From assembly GCA_963770565.1 (NCBI GenBank), contig CAVYQE010000001.1, forward strand, positions 832,001 through 896,000: DNA of 64,000 bases, given 5' to 3'. Made by a program: the position numbers and the translations under genes. The stretch is from an uncultured Actinomycetota bacterium. GTDB taxonomy: Bacteria > Actinomycetota > Actinomycetes > JAFAQI01. The notes beneath the pieces are model-generated. The model worked only from the letters and a program-made list of their open reading frames with translations, ran no database searches and was not told where the DNA came from. This document shows, piece by piece, positions 61,205 through 64,000 of this stretch (its first letter is position 1; every line of letters begins with the position of its first letter).

Positions 61205-64000
61205 ATGACAAGTGTGGTGCGTCGACGGCGTTGGTGGGGCGGAAATCTGCGCCGCACCTTGTCGGCGACCCTCGCCTTTCTGCTCGGGGCCAGCGTGCTC
61301 ACGATCGCTGCTGCACCGGCCTTGGCCGGCCCCAACCCCTCGATCGACTCCAGCCCGAGCAACGCCACTACTGCGACGGCGCTCGAGTGGACCTTCAGCA
61401 ACGCCAATCCGGCCAGCTGTGAGCTGACGAACGGCGCGACCACCGTGGTCGCACTCACTGACTGCACCTCGCCGGCCGACTACGACGTCTCCGCTGACGC
61501 CGGCGGCAGCTACACGTTCACCGTCTACGCATCCGATGCGGCCGACGTCGTGGTCGGGACGACTCCGTCGGCGACGTCGACCGTGGACGTTGCGCCGGTC
61601 GCGCCGACGATCACCATCGCACCGACCACGCCGGACAACGACCCCACGCCGTCATGGAGCTTCACCCTCCCCACCGACGCCTCCGCGACCTGTGAGCTCG
61701 ACGATCCGTCCAGCAACGCGGTCGAGACCGTGAGCGGGTGCACGAGCCCGTTCACGGCGTCGGACCTCAACAACGCGCCGGCGAACGGCGTCAACGGGAG
61801 CTACCAGCTGTCGGTGACCCCGACTGCCGGCGGCGTGACCGGAGCCGCCGCCACGTCGACGTACGACTTCGACACCGTCCAGCCACCCGCGCCGAGTGTC
61901 TCCGCCGACGCGACCACCGGGTACTCGTTGCTGCCGACGTTCACGGTCGGCGGGCTGGTCAGCGGGGCCACCCTCACCTGCTCGGTCACCGGCCCCGGCC
62001 CGGCTGTTACGGTCCAGACCTGTGGCGCGTCGTCGGTGCTCGACCTCAGCGGCGGCGGTGACGGCAGCTACACCCTGCACGTGACCCAGACCAAGGCCGG
62101 CAACGTCAGCACCGAGGGCACCGCGTCGTACCTGCTCGACACGCACACGCCGGCAACACCGACCGTCACCGCGCCGACGTCGCCGGGCACCGACGCCAGC
62201 CCGACGTTCACGATCTCCGGCATCGAGTCGGGCGGCACCCTCCAGTGCTCAGTCAGCGGCCCGTCGACCGTGCCGGCTCCCACCTGCGGGCCGTCCACGA
62301 CCCTCGACCTGTCCGGGGCCGGTGAAGGCACCTACACGCTGACCGTCACCGTCCAGGACGCGGCCGGCAAGGACAGCGCACCGGCCAGTGCCACCTACGA
62401 GTTCGAGGCGGGTGGGCCGGCCGTCCCGGTCGTGACCGCACCGTCGTCGCCGAGCAACTCCCGCGCCCCGCTGTTCACGGTCTCCGACTCGGACCCGGTC
62501 GACCTGACCTACGACTGCACCGTCACCGGCCCGTCCTCTGTCACGACCTCGGAGTGCGGCCCCGACACGGTGATCGACCTGTCCGGCGCGGCCGACGGCA
62601 CCTACCAACTCTCGGTGGTCGCCATCGACGGGCTTGGCCAGGCCGGTCCTGCGGGTCTCGCGAGCTACACCCTGGACACCACCCCGCCGCCGGCACCGGT
62701 GGTGACCGGGCCAGCGTCGCCGTCGTTGAACACCTCGCCCTCGTTCTCGATCACCGAAGCCGAGCCCGGTACGACGCTGAGCTGTTCGCTCAGCGGCCCG
62801 ATCTCGTTCCCGATCCCACCGGCGCGGTGCGCCAACGGTTTGGTGTTGGACCTCAGCGGCGCCGGGCACGACGGGGTCTACGCGTTGTCGGTGACCGCGA
62901 CGGACCCGGCCGGCAACGTCAGCTCAGCGGGGACCGCGACCTACACCCTCGACACCACGCCGCCGCCGCTTCCGGTCGTCGTCGCGCCACCCTCGCCGTC
63001 GAACGACCTGACGCCGACCTTCACCTACTCGGACTCCGAGGTGGGCGTCACGTTGACTTGCGTCCTCAAGGACCCGGGCACGGCCATCGTGGCCAGCGGC
63101 AACTGCCCGGTCAGCGGCACGTTCAACACCGCGGCGGATCCGTTGGACGGCACCTACCGGCTGACCGTCACGGCCACCGACGCGGCCGGCAACACCTCGT
63201 CGGCCGGGGCGAACTGGACCCGCGACACCATGCCGCCGCCGGCTCCGGTCGTGACCGCGCCGCCGTCACCGTCGAACGACCTGACCCCGTCGTTCACGGT
63301 CACCGACAGCGAAACCGGCGTGACGTTCACCTGCACCCTGACCGGACCCGGCTCGAGCAACGTCTTCACGGGGACCTGCCCGCTCGGCAACAGCTTCGAC
63401 CTGTCCGGGTTCGGCGACGGCTCCTACACCTTGTCGGTGACGGCTACCGATGCGGCCGGCAACACCGGCCCGGCCGGCAGCGACACCTACGTGCTGGACA
63501 CCACCGCACCGCCGGTGCCGACGATCGCGTTGCTCGCGCCGGTGCTCTCGCCGGGCAACAGCACCTCACCGCAGTTCACCGTGACCGACACTGAGGCCGG
63601 CGTCAGCTACGTCTGCTCGGTGTCGGGCGTGACCCCGGTGCCGCCGTCCGCGATCACCTGCGGCGCCACCACGACGATCGACCTGAGCGGCGTCGGGCGT
63701 GACGGCGACTACACGTTGTCGGTGACCGCGACGGACCCGGCCGGCAACGTCAGCTCAGCGGGGACCGCGACCTACACCCTCGACACCACGCCGCCGCCGC
63801 TTCCGGTCGTCGTCGCGCCACCCTCGCCGTCGAACGACCTGACGCCGACCTTCACCTACTCGGACTCCGAGGTGGGCGTCACGTTGACTTGCGTCCTCAA
63901 GGACCCGGGCACGGCCATCGTGGCCAGCGGCAACTGCCCGGTCAGCGGCACGTTCAACACCGCGGCGGATCCGTTGGACGGCACCTACCGGCTGACCGTC
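61205..64000 (+). CDS. Giant secreted Ig-like repeat protein (adhesin-like), at least 932 aa, runs off the window; absent from the ORF track because it has no stop
   Basis: Signal peptide MTSVVRRRRWW...AAPALA; ~90-aa repeats with PxFT...C...C...DLSG..DG.Y.LSVTATD.AGN....Y.LDTT.P. Confidence 0.9.
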   Translation, partial: MTSVVRRRRWWGGNLRRTLSATLAFLLGASVLTIAAAPALAGPNPSIDSSPSNATTATALEWTFSNANPASCELTNGATTVVALTDCTSPADYDVSADAGGSYTFTVYASDAADVVVGTTPSATSTVDVAPVAPTITIAPTTPDNDPTPSWSFTLPTDASATCELDDPSSNAVETVSGCTSPFTASDLNNAPANGVNGSYQLSVTPTAGGVTGAAATSTYDFDTVQPPAPSVSADATTGYSLLPTFTVGGLVSGATLTCSVTGPGPAVTVQTCGASSVLDLSGGGDGSYTLHVTQTKAGNVSTEGTASYLLDTHTPATPTVTAPTSPGTDASPTFTISGIESGGTLQCSVSGPSTVPAPTCGPSTTLDLSGAGEGTYTLTVTVQDAAGKDSAPASATYEFEAGGPAVPVVTAPSSPSNSRAPLFTVSDSDPVDLTYDCTVTGPSSVTTSECGPDTVIDLSGAADGTYQLSVVAIDGLGQAGPAGLASYTLDTTPPPAPVVTGPASPSLNTSPSFSITEAEPGTTLSCSLSGPISFPIPPARCANGLVLDLSGAGHDGVYALSVTATDPAGNVSSAGTATYTLDTTPPPLPVVVAPPSPSNDLTPTFTYSDSEVGVTLTCVLKDPGTAIVASGNCPVSGTFNTAADPLDGTYRLTVTATDAAGNTSSAGANWTRDTMPPPAPVVTAPPSPSNDLTPSFTVTDSETGVTFTCTLTGPGSSNVFTGTCPLGNSFDLSGFGDGSYTLSVTATDAAGNTGPAGSDTYVLDTTAPPVPTIALLAPVLSPGNSTSPQFTVTDTEAGVSYVCSVSGVTPVPPSAITCGATTTIDLSGVGRDGDYTLSVTATDPAGNVSSAGTATYTLDTTPPPLPVVVAPPSPSNDLTPTFTYSDSEVGVTLTCVLKDPGTAIVASGNCPVSGTFNTAADPLDGTYRLTV
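62883..63169 (+). repeat. Exact intragenic direct repeat, copy A
   Basis: 287 bp identical by eye to 63714-64000 (offset 831 bp = 277 codons). Confidence 0.92.
63714..64000 (+). repeat. Exact intragenic direct repeat, copy B (truncated by the window end)
   Basis: Identical to 62883-63169. Confidence 0.92.

Noticed and set aside
62554-63594. 346-aa Arg/His-rich ORF listed in the track
   Set aside because: Alternate-frame artefact of the real 61205-64000 ORF, which is missing from the track because it has no stop in the window

Overview
High-GC actinobacterial chromosomal segment. Gene content and order resemble the conserved cofE-cofD-whiB-manB-ahcY-mtrAB-lpqB-hpf-secA region of Actinomycetota. 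It is mostly core genome: menE (5' truncated), ugd, acyl-CoA dehydrogenases, hemH, F420 genes, whiB, mannose activation and glycosyltransferase genes, ahcY, an RDD/SpoIIM/DUF58/MoxR module, mtrAB-lpqB-comF-hpf, secA, a wax-ester/patatin lipid operon, pruA and the start of a giant secreted Ig-like repeat protein. I saw no rRNA, tRNA, CRISPR array, transposase or integrase. The first ~3.7 kb is full of frameshifts, probably sequencing errors. The most notable unexplained signals are: (1) a dispersed ~85-bp element of three 15-bp palindromes at an exact 31-bp period, in three copies; (2) an 11-codon leader peptide plus an SD-sequestering hairpin ahead of an inserted AAA ATPase; (3) an uncharacterised Rv3235/LysM/Xis-HTH/SAF/CpaE-like cluster with phased promoter repeats and a TGTCCACAGG box shared with comF; (4) sigma-28-like promoters ahead of small orphan genes and the giant adhesin; (5) paired GTCAA-N6-TTGAC operators at a small HTH gene; (6) a cofE/fbiB with an apparently vestigial reductase domain. 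Family names come from motif recognition and recalled synteny, not database searches.
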